DNA of 64,000 bases from the NCBI GenBank assembly GCA_013239625.1, contig MU053810.1:6854122-6918121 (forward strand), given 5' to 3'. A model generated the notes under the pieces. The model searched no databases. It had not been told where the DNA came from and worked only from the letters and a program-made list of their open reading frames with translations. The stretch comes from Lama guanicoe (lineage: Eukaryota). Made by a program: the position numbers and the translations under genes. Shown in pieces: positions 12,323 through 23,944 of this stretch; within the stretch, counting starts at the first letter, position 1; every line of letters begins with the position of its first letter.

Positions 12323-14059
12323 AGAATAACAAGTTTCCATGAAATATAAGTGCATAGTAACATCCCATAAACAGGAGCAGATACTACCGTCTACTCACTT
12401 GGGAATCTATTTTGATTGTTCCAAGAACTTTATTTTTTCATTCTTCTTGGTTTCAAGCAATATTCCAAATGGATTAGCTTGCTGGATCATTAAGCTTCAT
12501 GTATGTGAAAGTTATTAATTTTAAAATGCATATATGATACGTATTTTAAGAAATGCAGTTAATTCCCATGCCTGTTACAAATTTAAAAAATAAGCCCCTC
12601 CCTTCCCAAAGCAGAGTCCTCAGCTCAGATTTTAGAAAATGAAACTTCATTTCACAGCATATCAATAGAGTATCTCTTCCCTACCTGAATTTCTGAAAAC
12701 AGAAGCCCTCCAGGTCCAAGGAGAATCCTGAGGCCAGTGCACAGGTGCTTATCCCCTAAACTACACTCAGCAAGCACAGCAGTGGAAACTAGGGAGTCCA
12801 CGACAGTCTAAATTGTCATTTCTTTCTCTTTGGTGGCAAAAGCACAGTTCTATTCTTCTTTGACAGAAGACTTATTTAATTCCGGAGAGGGTTTCCTGCT
12901 ATAAAGAATTTGCTGAGCCTTATTCAAGCCTTGTTCTGATGGCAACACCACAGAGGCATAAGGACAGACGAAAGGCTTGACCTGGCAAAATGAAGTAGTA
13001 ACTGGGTCTTATAGGTTATTTTAAAAAGCCAGCAGCTTTTATTTTCATTTTACTCCTTTAATGTAACTTGTGAAGAAATGCTGTAAAATGCTGAATCTAG
13101 TCATTTGGGAGTAGGTTTGGGGAAAGCTGGTATTAAAACATCCGGTGATACTTCTCCATGACTATCAGCAAAGTTTATTAAAACAAAAGGAAACAAAGAG
13201 GGGAAATCTAAAAGGCCTCCAGGCAATGATAGGGTACACATCACCCACATATTTCATCAAACCATCTTCCAGGAAAACAAGAACTCATGAATAACAAATA
13301 ATGCAGCATTTCACCAGGGAGGAAAAGAACTACATTTGTCTCTATTATTCATTAGCTGCCAGAGAACCTGGTTTAAAAAGCTTGATGGCCTTGGGGGTGG
13401 GGGGTGTGCATGTGAAGGGATGTTTCTTTTCTGAAATAGTTAAAATTAAAAAATAAATTATTTTCTATTATTAATTTTTGAAGTGTTTTTGTTATATGCA
13501 GTGGCCAAATCTCACAATACAGGGCTAAAGAATGGCAATGCAGCATCTGGTGTAGACGCATTACAAGTCTAACTTCACACTGACACACAGCAAGATGCTT
13601 TGTGGGGGTTGAAACTGACTCAGGAAAATATTACGATTGTATCTCATTGAGTGAGCAAGCCAATTTTCTAAACCTTCTTACAGCAAAAAAGCCCCAAAGG
13701 CTTGATAAAGATAAGTTCTTAATAGCTCAACACTTTTAAAAATAGAACAATGCCCTCCACTAAAACACAAACTCACTATGACACATCTCTGCTCTACCTT
13801 TGACTCCTTGTGCTTCCTGTGATCACAGATCATAAGCAGTGGGACTTCTGTCTTATTTTTGACTTAATTTAGCTCTTGTTTCCTGAGCTCCTTTGTATGC
13901 TCTTTGGTGCAGCAACAAAGTGAAACAAAGTTACGGTCTAATTCTCAAAGAGCATACAACCCATAAGCAAAAAAGCAAAATCAAAGTTGCTACCTTGTTC
14001 ATAGCTAAAGGGCCTCATGTATGTTTCTGAGTAGTCAACTGTTTGCAAAATACAAATTG

Positions 14060-14312
14060 CTATACTAAGAAATCAATGAAAGAATATATAATTTCAATTT
14101 TATAAAATTCAAAAACTTGTAAAATTTTAATAAAGTATTGCTTAAGCACATATACATAAGTGAAATGATAAAGAATAGAAGTGATAACATAAACTTCAGG
14201 ATAATGGTTACCTTTTGGTGGGGCAGATGGGTATAGAATGACAGAGGAGCATACAGGGGACTTCTGAGGTACTGGTAACAATCTATTTTTTAACCTGGAC
14301 ATGGGGTACAAT
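14060..14312 (+). mobile_element. Old LINE-1 3' end (L1ME-like)
   Basis: 'caggataatggttacctttt...ggggacttctgaggtactggtaacaatctattttttaacctgg'. Confidence 0.7.
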
Positions 14313-14329
14313 CTTCTTCACAGCAATAG

Positions 14330-14392
14330 CTCCAATTCCTAGCACAGTGCCTGGAATATAGTAGGTACTCAATAAATATTACTGAAATAAGA
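14330..14392 (+). mobile_element. L2 3' terminus
   Basis: 'cctagcacagtgcctggaatatagtaggtactcaataaatatt' is the canonical L2 tail. Confidence 0.8.
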
Positions 14393-14409
14393 GAAGGAAG
14401 GAACTGACT

Positions 14410-15787
14410 ATAGTTTCTGGCTGTGATACATTATTTTATAGTGGGATGACATTCCCACCAAAACCATTTAGAACATCCGGATAAAATGGAAGGAAAGAAT
14501 AAAGGAACAAACAAATGAATGAATTAACCTACCTACCTATGTGGAGGCATCAGAAAGCTGACAATGGAGCCCAAATCAAGAGGCCAAGATCACAGAAATA
14601 AGGAAAATCTACAGATATTCTATATTCCTTATTTACACATCAAACTGAGTATTTTATGATATGAGGCATTGGGGGAAGACTCAGAATCCAGACAGGTAGA
14701 TGGTAAGAAGTAGAGAAGCCAGCAAAGTTTTAGTAATCTTACAGTCCTCAGGAGGAAAAAAAATCAATTTGAGGGCTGCAAGTATACTCAAGCCTCAAGG
14801 ACAAAATCCTAGAGGGAATGAAAAAGCAAAGAAATAAGACTGAGACTCAAACATTTCTGTTGAATTTTTCAGCTGTCTAGAGTGAAAATCAAAGAAACAA
14901 AGCAGATGCTGAAGAGAAACAGAGTTGAGTTTTTGGCAGGATCACAATGTTAAATTCCTAATTGGAGTTTAGGATCTTTCAAGGATGCAGGGCCCTAGTA
15001 AATATCTCAGTGAGCCCCCTAGAATGTTATACATGTAGCAGTAAATAAGGAGTAGTTTGAGTGTTTCACTGAAGTCTGTCTATCTTCGGGAAAGATCAAG
15101 TACTGGTTAGATTAAGGTGATCTGTCTCTATCTAGTTACTTATCAGGGACAGGGTAAAGCCTCTATGGAAGAAGGTAATGTGCTATAACAACACAATGTC
15201 TGGCAATCACTCTTAAATGACCAAATACCAAGAAATAAACAGACAATATAAACAGATCCACAAATGACCAGGTGCTCAAACTACTGACAGCAATTTTTAA
15301 ATAGCGATAATCAACATGTCCAAGAAAGTAGAGGACTATTTTTAGAAACACTGGAACCTAATTTTTAGAAAAGAAAATAAAATAGATATTCTGAAACTGA
15401 CAAAACCAAGATTGGGTACCAGAGAAGAAAGGAGAAGCCAACTAGAAGACAGGTTAGCAGAAAATATCCAGTCTGAAGCTGGAAAACTAAATTGAATAAA
15501 ACTATTCAAAAGAACATAAAGTACATACAAATATAGAATAGGGATCTAATATACATGTATTTGGAGTCACATAAAGGGAGAAGATAGAAGCAACATTAGA
15601 CTAAATATATCTAGCTACCAATTCAAGAAGTGCTATATACCCCAAAGTGGATAAAGATCATAGTCTAACTGGAAAACCAAACACACACACAAATCTTAAA
15701 GTAGCCAGAGGAAAAAAGATCATACTTAACAAATGAGTAGCAACAAGTTTGAGAACTGTCTTCAAAACAGAAATAAGAGAAACAAGA
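14410..15787 (+). mobile_element. Ancient L1/HAL1-like 5' region and ORF1, left part (host of the CCDC91 retrocopy)
   Basis: Degenerate ORF1 motifs 'tctaatatacatgtatttggagtcac' and 'aaatcttaaagtagccagaggaaaaaaga'; ORF1-like sequence resumes after the right TSD. Confidence 0.7.
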
Positions 15788-15933
15788 GGTGCGAGGGCTG
15801 CCCCGGCTCGGGTGACTGGGGCGGCGGTTCCCCCGGGTCCTGGGGTCGCGCCCTGGGCGCTCGTGTGCGGGGCCGAGTGCTGGGGCGGCTCACCTGGCCG
15901 CGCGGCCGAGCGGCGGCGGGGGCAGGGGCAAGA
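15788..15933 (+). promoter_or_regulatory. Retroposed GC/CpG-rich CCDC91 5'UTR (mini CpG-island-like segment)
   Basis: About 20 CpGs in ~145 bp (counted by eye) in an otherwise CpG-depleted window. No evidence of activity. Confidence 0.5.
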
Positions 15934-18335
15934 ATGGACGATGATGATTTTGGTGGTTTTGAGGCAGCTGAGATTTTTGGTGGGAATGGTGAAACCCAAA
16001 CTACATCTCCAGCTATTCCTTGGGCTGCTTTTCCTACTGGGAAAAATGCAATTTCCATTGTAAACTGCCCTCCAGAATTTATGGTAGAGCTTCGCTGACG
16101 TTGCCACTGATGCCAAAGTGGAATAAAGTAGCTGGAGTCCATCTTGCCCCCAGCTTCTCCTGAAATTGTACTGGACCATGACCACACTTCTCCTTCTGTT
16201 GGCTCCTCTCTTCTGAGCCCATCAATTCCTCGCCAGAGAATACACATACAGACAACAGCATTGTCAGTCAGACGGTTCTTAAAGCACAGATTCAGCAATC
16301 AACACACACTCATCTGGATATCTCATTTTTTCCACTGGGTTTAACTGAGGAGAAAAGTAATGGAACAATTGCTCCTGTGGGTGATTCTGAGGATCCTGGA
16401 GCAAACGTATCAAACATACAGCTTCAGCAGAAAATTGCAAGTCTGGAGATGAAACTCAAAAGTTTCTGAAGAAGAAAAACAGAGAATTAAAGAGGATGTG
16501 GATCATTGATGGAAAAACATAGTGTCTCAGAAAAAGATTCCCTTAAAGAAAAAGAGCAAGAGGCCATTTCTTTTCAAGATAGATACAAAGAACTTCAGGA
16601 AAAACATAAACAAGAATTAGAAGACATGAGGGAAGCTGGTCATGAGCCCTCAGCATCATTGTGGATTAATATAAGGCACTACTGCAGTCTTCAGTTAAGC
16701 AACAAGTAGAAGCAATTGAAAAACAGTACATTTCTGCAACTGAGAAACAAGCACACAAGTGTGAGGAGTTGTTAAATATTCAGCATCAGCGGCTGCTTGA
16801 AATGCTAGATACAGAGAAGGAACTGTTAAAAGAAAAAATAAGGGAAGCTTTGATTCAGCAACCTGAAGAACAGAAGGAAACATTGGAAAAATGTTTGAAG
16901 GAAGACAGACAAAGAAATAAAGAAGCATTAGTATCTGCTGCCAAGCTTGAGAAAGAAGAAATGACAGAAGCAGCTTTAAAAGCCATAGAAGAGGAAAGGA
17001 AACATTTGGGAAAAGCTCACGCTGAAGAAAGGGAGTTATGGAAGACTGAGCACACAAAAGATCGAGAGAAAGTATCTTAGGAGATTCAAAAAGCTATACA
17101 AGAGCAAAGAAAAATTAGTCAGGAAACTGTTAAGGCAGCAATAATAGAAGAGCAGAAACGTAGTGAAAAGGCTGTGGAAGAGGCCGTGAAGAGAACAAGA
17201 GAGGAACTGATAGAGTATGTCAAGGAGCAGAAAAGGCTTGATTAAGTCATCCGCCAAAGAAGTCTGTCCAGCTTGCGACTGTTCCTCTCCTGTGCTCAGA
17301 AACAGTTAAGGGCCCTGATAGCCACAGAACCAGCTGACATGGAGTAAGGGGAGCACGACGAGCTAGCGCACTGGCAACGGTAAATCATGAGACCCCTGAA
17401 ATACACGCTGTGAATTGTAAAGATGCTTTTGTTTCCTTTCCAAACCTTGGAAAATTGATTTCCATTCGAACGATAAACCAAAACAATATTTAGAAAAACT
17501 ATAAGAGATTTAATTTATTTTCTTTTGTTTTTCTCCTTCTCTTTACCTTTACTATCATTTTATTAGTAGTAGTAATAGCAGCAACAGAAAGTAAGAAGGG
17601 ACCCTAAAACCACTGAAAATTGCCACGTTACCAAAAGTTAAAAGTACACGTTATGGCCTCTGGTGGCCTGTTACATTGTATTTGGCAAAAGTAGTAAGTA
17701 TCTTTACGTATTGTTTCACAGTGACTCTTGATAAGATTCTAGAATGTAATCTTACATTTATTTGATTTTGAGGATAGAAACAGCATGGTTTTCAACATCA
17801 CCTATTTATCTATGTAACTTAAATATAAAACATTGATATAAGAGCAAAGCATTCTCATATTACGAGACCTCTCTTCTGCAGTGGGATCTATGTATTTTCA
17901 TTGATAATAATTAAAAACACTAAAGATTAATTAATTCAACTTTGATCTGATATATCACTGAAAGGCATAGATGTGTGTTCTATGCTTACTTCTTATTTCT
18001 ATTCTTCAAGTCACTATGAATCAATAATATCATTTTTCTTACGAATCATACCATGAACTTAATCTCTAAAAAGAGAGTGTAATATACCTGTTTGTAGGAA
18101 TTCAAGTTCAAATATGAGAGATGGGAAATCCTCCAGTATTTTACAATGTACTTAATTCATGAGCAGTATGCTTCAATGTAAAATTATGAGGTTTTTTTTT
18201 TTGAAGATCAAAACTAAAATACTGTCATTAAAAATGTATGCAAATGTCTTGTTTTCTGAAATGCTCCTAGTTTCATGGGCTTTGTACTTTTCTGGGATTT
18301 CTCATGTAATAAAAAGCTTCAAAAGTGAAAAAAAA
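15788..18335 (+). pseudogene. CCDC91: Processed pseudogene (retrocopy) of CCDC91 (p56, GGA-binding coiled-coil protein)
   Basis: Intronless. ATG at 15934 gives MDDDDFGGFEAAE...QTTSPAIPWAAFP; later EKEQEAISFQDRYKELQEKHKQELEDMR and QHQRLLEMLDTEKELLKEKI; ends LIATEPADME* (TAA 17345-17347). About 5 frameshifts (~16143, 16205, 16468, 16502, 16646) and stops at 16667, 17078 and 17243. About 1 kb of 3'UTR, AATAAA at 18308-18313, A-run at 18328-18336, TSD 15769-15787 / 18336-18354. Confidence 0.97.
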
Positions 18336-18354
18336 AGAAATAATAGAAACAAGA

Positions 18355-19335
18355 AAATAATAGAATGACATCATTAAAGTGCTAAAAGAAGGGAAAACCC
18401 TAGAATTATTTCCCAAGAGAAAATATCCCTTCAGATTTGAAATAAAGGTATTTCAAGTCAAACTAAACCTGAAAAAATTCCTTATTACCAGACCTATGAC
18501 AAAATAAATGTTAAAGAAATTTTCAAGCAGAAGAAAAAGTATGCCAGACAGAAGCACAAAAATACAGGATATAATGAATAGTAATGGAAAGTAAATATAT
18601 GGGTAAGTCTAAATTAATATAAATGGTACAAGGTAGTAATAGTAAATAATAATTCTCCTGGGCTTTAAGATATATAGTGACTTAAAATTCAAGGCAAAAG
18701 GGAAGGGAAAGAGTAAATGCTGTAAAAGGTGCTGACACCCTATTTTTGTCTGGGAAACGTAAAAGGAATAACTTATATTTGTAATAAGGTAAGGATGTAT
18801 GTTATAATCCATAGAGTAACTACTAAAAGTATAGAAAAACAGCATATAACTAACAGCTGCAGAAAAGAGTGGAATACTAATAAAAAGAAATAATAGATTA
18901 ATGCCAACTAAAGCAAGAAAAGAGATAGAAAGGAATATAATGGGACTGATAGAAAAATATTAGTATAATATATATGAATAAAATACTCAAGAAGGGAAGA
19001 AGGAAAATAGAAAAACAAGCAGGCTGTCCGATTTCTAACAGTGATTTTTTTTTTTAATTTGCAAACATCTAGTGATGAGTATAAAACATTGCATTTGTAC
19101 AGTAGGGCTATTAGATTACTATGCTGTATGTTTACATTTTAATAAAATGAATAACAGGAAAAATTAATGTTTTTTTAATCAGGATAGTCATTACTTTTTA
19201 AGCGGGGTGGGATTAGAAGAGAGTGAAAATGGTCATTTTGCTGGTAATATTTTCTTTTCCTGGGCGCTTTTTAAACAAGTATGGTCATTTTGTTCACTAT
19301 TTTGTATGCATTTTGCACATCAATAAAATTTTTGA
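18355..19335 (+). mobile_element. Ancient L1/HAL1-like ORF1 continuation and L1ME-like 3' pieces
   Basis: 'tagaatgacatcattaaagtgctaaaaga...ccctagaatt...gaaataaaggtatttc' continues ORF1; inter-ORF-like 'gttataatccatagagtaactactaaaag'. Confidence 0.65.
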
Positions 19336-19339
19336 AAAA

Positions 19340-20030
19340 TAACCAAGTAGCACCACACCGACTAGGGCAACTAAAATTAAAAAGGTAAACAATAACAAGT
19401 GTTGGTGAGGATGAAGAGAAACTGGAGCCCTCAAACACTGCTGGAGGGACTGTAAATAGTACAGTCACCCTGGAAAACAGTTTATCAGTTCCTTTAAATG
19501 TAAAACATGGTTCTCATATGACCCAGCAATTCCATTGCTAGGTTTATATCCAAGAGAATTATCCATACAAAACTGTGCAGAGAAATGTTCACAGCAGCCC
19601 CAAAATGGACACAACTCAAATTTCCATTAGTTGATTTTGATAAATAGAATGTACCCTATCCGTATAACAGAATATTATTCAGCAATAAAAAGGAATGAAG
19701 TACTGATAGATGCTACAATATGAATAAATTTGGGGTAAAATATGCAAAATTAAAGAAGCTAGTCACAAGAGAGCATATATGGTATGATTCATTTATACAT
19801 AATGTTCAAATAGGCAAATCCATTGAGATAGAAAGTAGAAGAGTGGTTGCCAAGTGCTGGGGACAGGTAAGAATGGGTACAAGGTTTCTTTTGCAGGTGA
19901 CAAATATGCTCTGAAGTTAGACAACTGTTATCATTGCACAACTCCGAATATAATAAAAAACACTGAAATGTACACTTTAAAAGAGTAAATTTTATAGTGT
20001 GTGAATTATATTTCAATAAGCTCTTATAAA
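19340..20030 (+). mobile_element. LINE-1 3' end (L1MB7/8-like)
   Basis: 'aacaagtgttggtgaggatg', 'catatgacccagcaattccattgctagg', 'gtacactttaaaagagtaaattttatagtgtgtgaattatatttcaataa'. Confidence 0.88.
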
Positions 20031-20158
20031 AAAGAATAACTAAGTATACAAAAGGTCAGAAGTTTCCTTAAGAACTGAGAAAATGCAGGCAATAGAAATA
20101 AAAATAAATGTAAAGTAGGTAAGTGAGCTATAAAACTCAAACGCTTTTGGTAATGCTT

Positions 20159-20522
20159 TGTCTTAGTCATCCTGGGCAGCTTTAACAAAATAACATAAAC
20201 TGCATGACTCAAATACAGATACGTCTCACAGTCTGGAAGCTGTGGAGCCCAAGATCAAGGTGCTGGTATATTCAGTTCCAAGGGAAAGTCCTCTTCCTGG
20301 CTTGCATATGGCCACCTTCTTGCTGAGTCCTCATATGGTGGGGAGGGAAGGAGAGTTCTGGTCTTTCTTCCTCTTCTTATAAAGACACTAGTCCTACTAA
20401 TGGGCACTACCCTGGTGACTTCATCTAAACCTAATTACCTCCTAAAGGCTCACTCTACAAATATCACATAGGTTAGGACTTCAACATATGAACGCTGGGG
20501 GGCGCACATTCAGTCAGTAACA
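20159..20522 (-). mobile_element. ERVL-MaLR solo LTR (MLT1A-like)
   Basis: tgtcttagtc...'ccaagatcaaggtgctgg'...'tctaaacctaattacctcctaaagg'...cattcagtcagtaaca; ~365 bp. Confidence 0.85.
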
Positions 20523-20529
20523 TGCTTAA

Positions 20530-22550
20530 TATGTACAAGAATATAAAAGACAAGATTGATAATATTGGCAGAGATTGGCAAATAATAAAAAGAATCAAAT
20601 TGACTTCAATAAATGAAACATAGTAAGTTTAATTAAGAATTGTCAATAGATTAAATATCCATCATATAAAGATGAAGAAAGAACTATTTAACAAGAAGCT
20701 AGATCATTAAAAAAATGTCTAGAATTAAACACAGACAAAATAATGGACAATATAGAAAAGAACACAAGAAAAATAGGGAATATAGAGGAAGTACCTAACA
20801 TACATGTCATTAGAGACCCCAGAGGGGAGATGAGGGAGACACTGAAGCAAAAGTACCATTTTAAAAGATAATGGCTGGTTCATGCATAACTGAAAAATTG
20901 TGCTCTACACTGAAATTTGACACCACATTGTAAAATGACTATAACTCAATAAAAAAAATGTTAAAAAACAAAAAGATAATGGCTGGAAATTTTCCAAAAA
21001 ATATTGATAAGTTCACATTTAAGATGCACTACAAACCCTAAACTGGATTAATATAAGGAAAATAACACCTAAACATATCAAATGCAAAGATAATATTTAA
21101 AGCTGGTTTCATATATAGCTAAAATATATATTATATATAATTTGAATATACTCAATACTGTATATGTTATTATATATTTATTATTATTATTAAAATAAAT
21201 TGATTGGTTAATATAAGTGCAAAAGAAAATGACTGGTAATCTAGAATGTATACCCAAGAAAAATACTCTTCAAAAATAAAAAGTGAAATAAAGATATTTT
21301 CAGAAAACCAAAATCTGAAATCATTTTTCATCCAGAAACCAATACTACATAAAATACTAAGGAGTGTTTATTAGACAGAAAGAAAATTATCTCAAATGAA
21401 AACTTGAAGATGCAGAAAGGAGTCAGCAGTTATAGAAACCAGGGTAAAATTTGGGTTAATTGAAATTAATATATACTGTTTAAATCACTGATATAACTAT
21501 GTAGGTATCATTAGGAACATCCCTAAAAGATGACTAAGAGAATTTAAGACACAAAGTTGATTGTAGTGAGGAGAACTGACAGAAAGAACCAAAGAGGAAA
21601 GACAACTAGAAATAATAAAATAGAATTCAAATCCTGAATATAAAAGACCTCTTATACAACAATAAGAAAAAAATAAATATTCCAGTTTAAAACTGAGCAA
21701 AAGTTTGAATAGAATAATGTCACAATGGTTAATAAACATATAAAAAGTTTCCAACTTCATTAGTGATCAGAGAAAAGCAAATTTAAGATAACAAATACAT
21801 ACCTATCAAAATGGCTGAAACTCCAACAACTGACAATTTAAGGGTCAGTGAGGATGTGGAATAAATAGAACCCTCATATAGTACGAACAGCCATATAAAT
21901 TAACACAATCTCTTTGTAAATGAGTTTGGCATTACCTACTAAATTTGAACATAACATACCCTGTTATTCAGCTATTTCAGTCCTAGGTATATACTAACTA
22001 AAAGATATGGAAATATGCTCTGGTAGACAAGCAAAAATAGATGTACTGTTTGCAGTAATCCCGAACTGTTAAGAAGGCAAATCTGCATCTGAAGTAGAAT
22101 GGAGAAGTAAATTATATTTATCTAATATTATTCTATATATATATATAGAATACTATACAATGAAAATAAACTAAGTGATATACAACAACTTGGATGAATT
22201 TCTTAATCCCTCAAACAATGTTGAACAAAGTAAGTCATATGCTGCATTATTCTATTTATATAATGTTTAAAACAGGAAAATGCAATATTTGGTGTTAGAA
22301 ATCAGGATATTTGTTAGTTTGTGGAAATAGTTGGGAGGAGATAGTGGATGGGGAACTAGAAGGCCTTCTGGAGTATTGGCGATGATTTTTCTCTTGACCT
22401 GAGTGGTACTTATAGAGGTGTGCTCCCTCTGTGACAATACATTATTCTGTATACTTAGGATTCTGTTCTTTCATACAATGTTTTGTGACAATTCATTATG
22501 TTTATACTTGTGATTCTGTACTTTTATGCAATGTTTTTTATTTCAATACA
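20530..22550 (+). mobile_element. Ancient L1 (L1ME/HAL1-like): degenerate ORF1 and 3' end
   Basis: 'cctaacatacatgtcattagagacccc', 'gataatggctggaaattttcca', 'gaaataaagatattttcaga'; 3' end 'gccttctggagtattgg...cttgacctgagtggt'. Confidence 0.7.
20879..20970 (+). mobile_element. Young, extremely 5'-truncated L1 3' tip (camelid-type) with 16-bp TSD
   Basis: TSD aaaagataatggctgg at 20863-20878 and 20971-20986; tt/aaaa target; insert closely matches the L1 tail at ~63715-63800. Confidence 0.92.
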
Positions 22551-23559
22551 AATTATAGAATTAATATTATGCTACACACTTCTGCCTCCCACCCTTAATC
22601 TTTAATTTCTCTTATTTCACCTATCATATAAATTCTATTTTTTTATTATTTTGATTTATTTGAAAGAATAAATTTTGTCCATTCCATTTTTGCTGATGGA
22701 GAAGGGATCTATATACTGATATTGAAGGAGGAAGCCTCTGAAAGTTTAAAGTAATTATATAAAAAACTTATGTAAAACTCAGAATGTGTTTGCATGCACT
22801 CAGTTCTTGGCTGCTTCTCAAGTATTTAGAATCTGAATATACATTTGCATTTTCCCAGTGAAATTTTAGAGGGTTTTTCAGTAGTAATTAGCAAATCAGC
22901 TAAAGAATAAAGGGCACAGGGCTAAACCAAAAGCCAGGAACTACACTGCCTATTAAATGCTAAATCAAAACTAAATGTTATATTCTCAAATGACACTGAG
23001 CTTTTCTTTTATTATGGGGAAAACAAAATATTGTTTATCACTCACGAAGAAAATCACTTTAATTGGTATAATTGCTGCCATTCTCAGCTGAAAAACATGC
23101 AAGATGTTTTAAAACAATTTATCTAATTCTAGAAAAAAATTCAAGATGCATAAATGTTCTTAGTTCATCATTGAACCACAAAAAAGTTTTTTTTGTTAAT
23201 AGGACAAAGCTTAAGTAAATATTTAATATAAAAAATGTTTCCAAGTACTTTAGGAATATACATTTTTATATAAAGAGTAAAAATACTGGTTATAAACTTT
23301 CTCTATCATAAAAACAGGCCCCTTTAAATAATCTCTAAGGCATGACATTCAAAGTCCTGCACATACTTTCAAGTCACAGAACTTTAGTGTGCTTTGCCTT
23401 ACCTGAGACTCTAAACCTAATCTGACCAACAAAAAAACAGTGAAAGCAGCTCTGGAATCTTAGCATTCCTGATGTCTATGAGTGGGAATGTAGGCTAAAA
23501 CTGACATGTACCCTTGACTTTAGGAAAACAGACTTTTTAAAACAGAAGGAAAAATTATC

Positions 23560-23930
23560 CAATAAAACAAAGTTCAGAAAAGAAACATCCCTTTAAGAAA
23601 TACAAGGAGTAATAAGCATGAGGATTAAGTTTTAAATGTTTAAAGGACCGTCATTTCCTTTTTGAGGATGTCTGTGGTGGCCAATAAGGGATGCATACAT
23701 AGAAGGCATACATAAAGACTTCACCAAAGCATTTCCCATGATTTTATTTAAAATTTTTAAAATTCACAGAGAAATGGAAGAAAGACTTGAAGATATTACT
23801 GAATAGTCATTAAATGGGGCTCTGATTAATAGAGGGAAATTCGTGGTAGTGAATGGCAAGGCCTCTGCTTTTAGCACTCTTTCTTTAATGTATTTAACAA
23901 CAGTTTGAATGAAGCATTGAGAAGATAATA
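23560..23930 (+). mobile_element. CR1/L3 LINE reverse-transcriptase relic
   Basis: 'tcatttcctttttgagg' (ISFF), 'gacttcaccaaagcattt' (DFxKAF) and 'tttaatgtatttaacaacagtttgaatgaag' (FNVFxNxL) occur in CR1 RT order. Confidence 0.55.
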
Positions 23931-23944
23931 TTAAAGAATGAGTG

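Noticed and set aside
15658..16298. Long minus-strand ORFs (175 aa, 178 aa) and the 104-aa plus-strand ORF
   Set aside because: Antisense or alternate-frame shadows of the GC-rich CCDC91 retrocopy 5' end, where stop codons are rare.
15934..17347. Functional CCDC91 gene or retrogene
   Set aside because: Multiple frameshifts and three premature stops; intronless with poly(A) and TSD.
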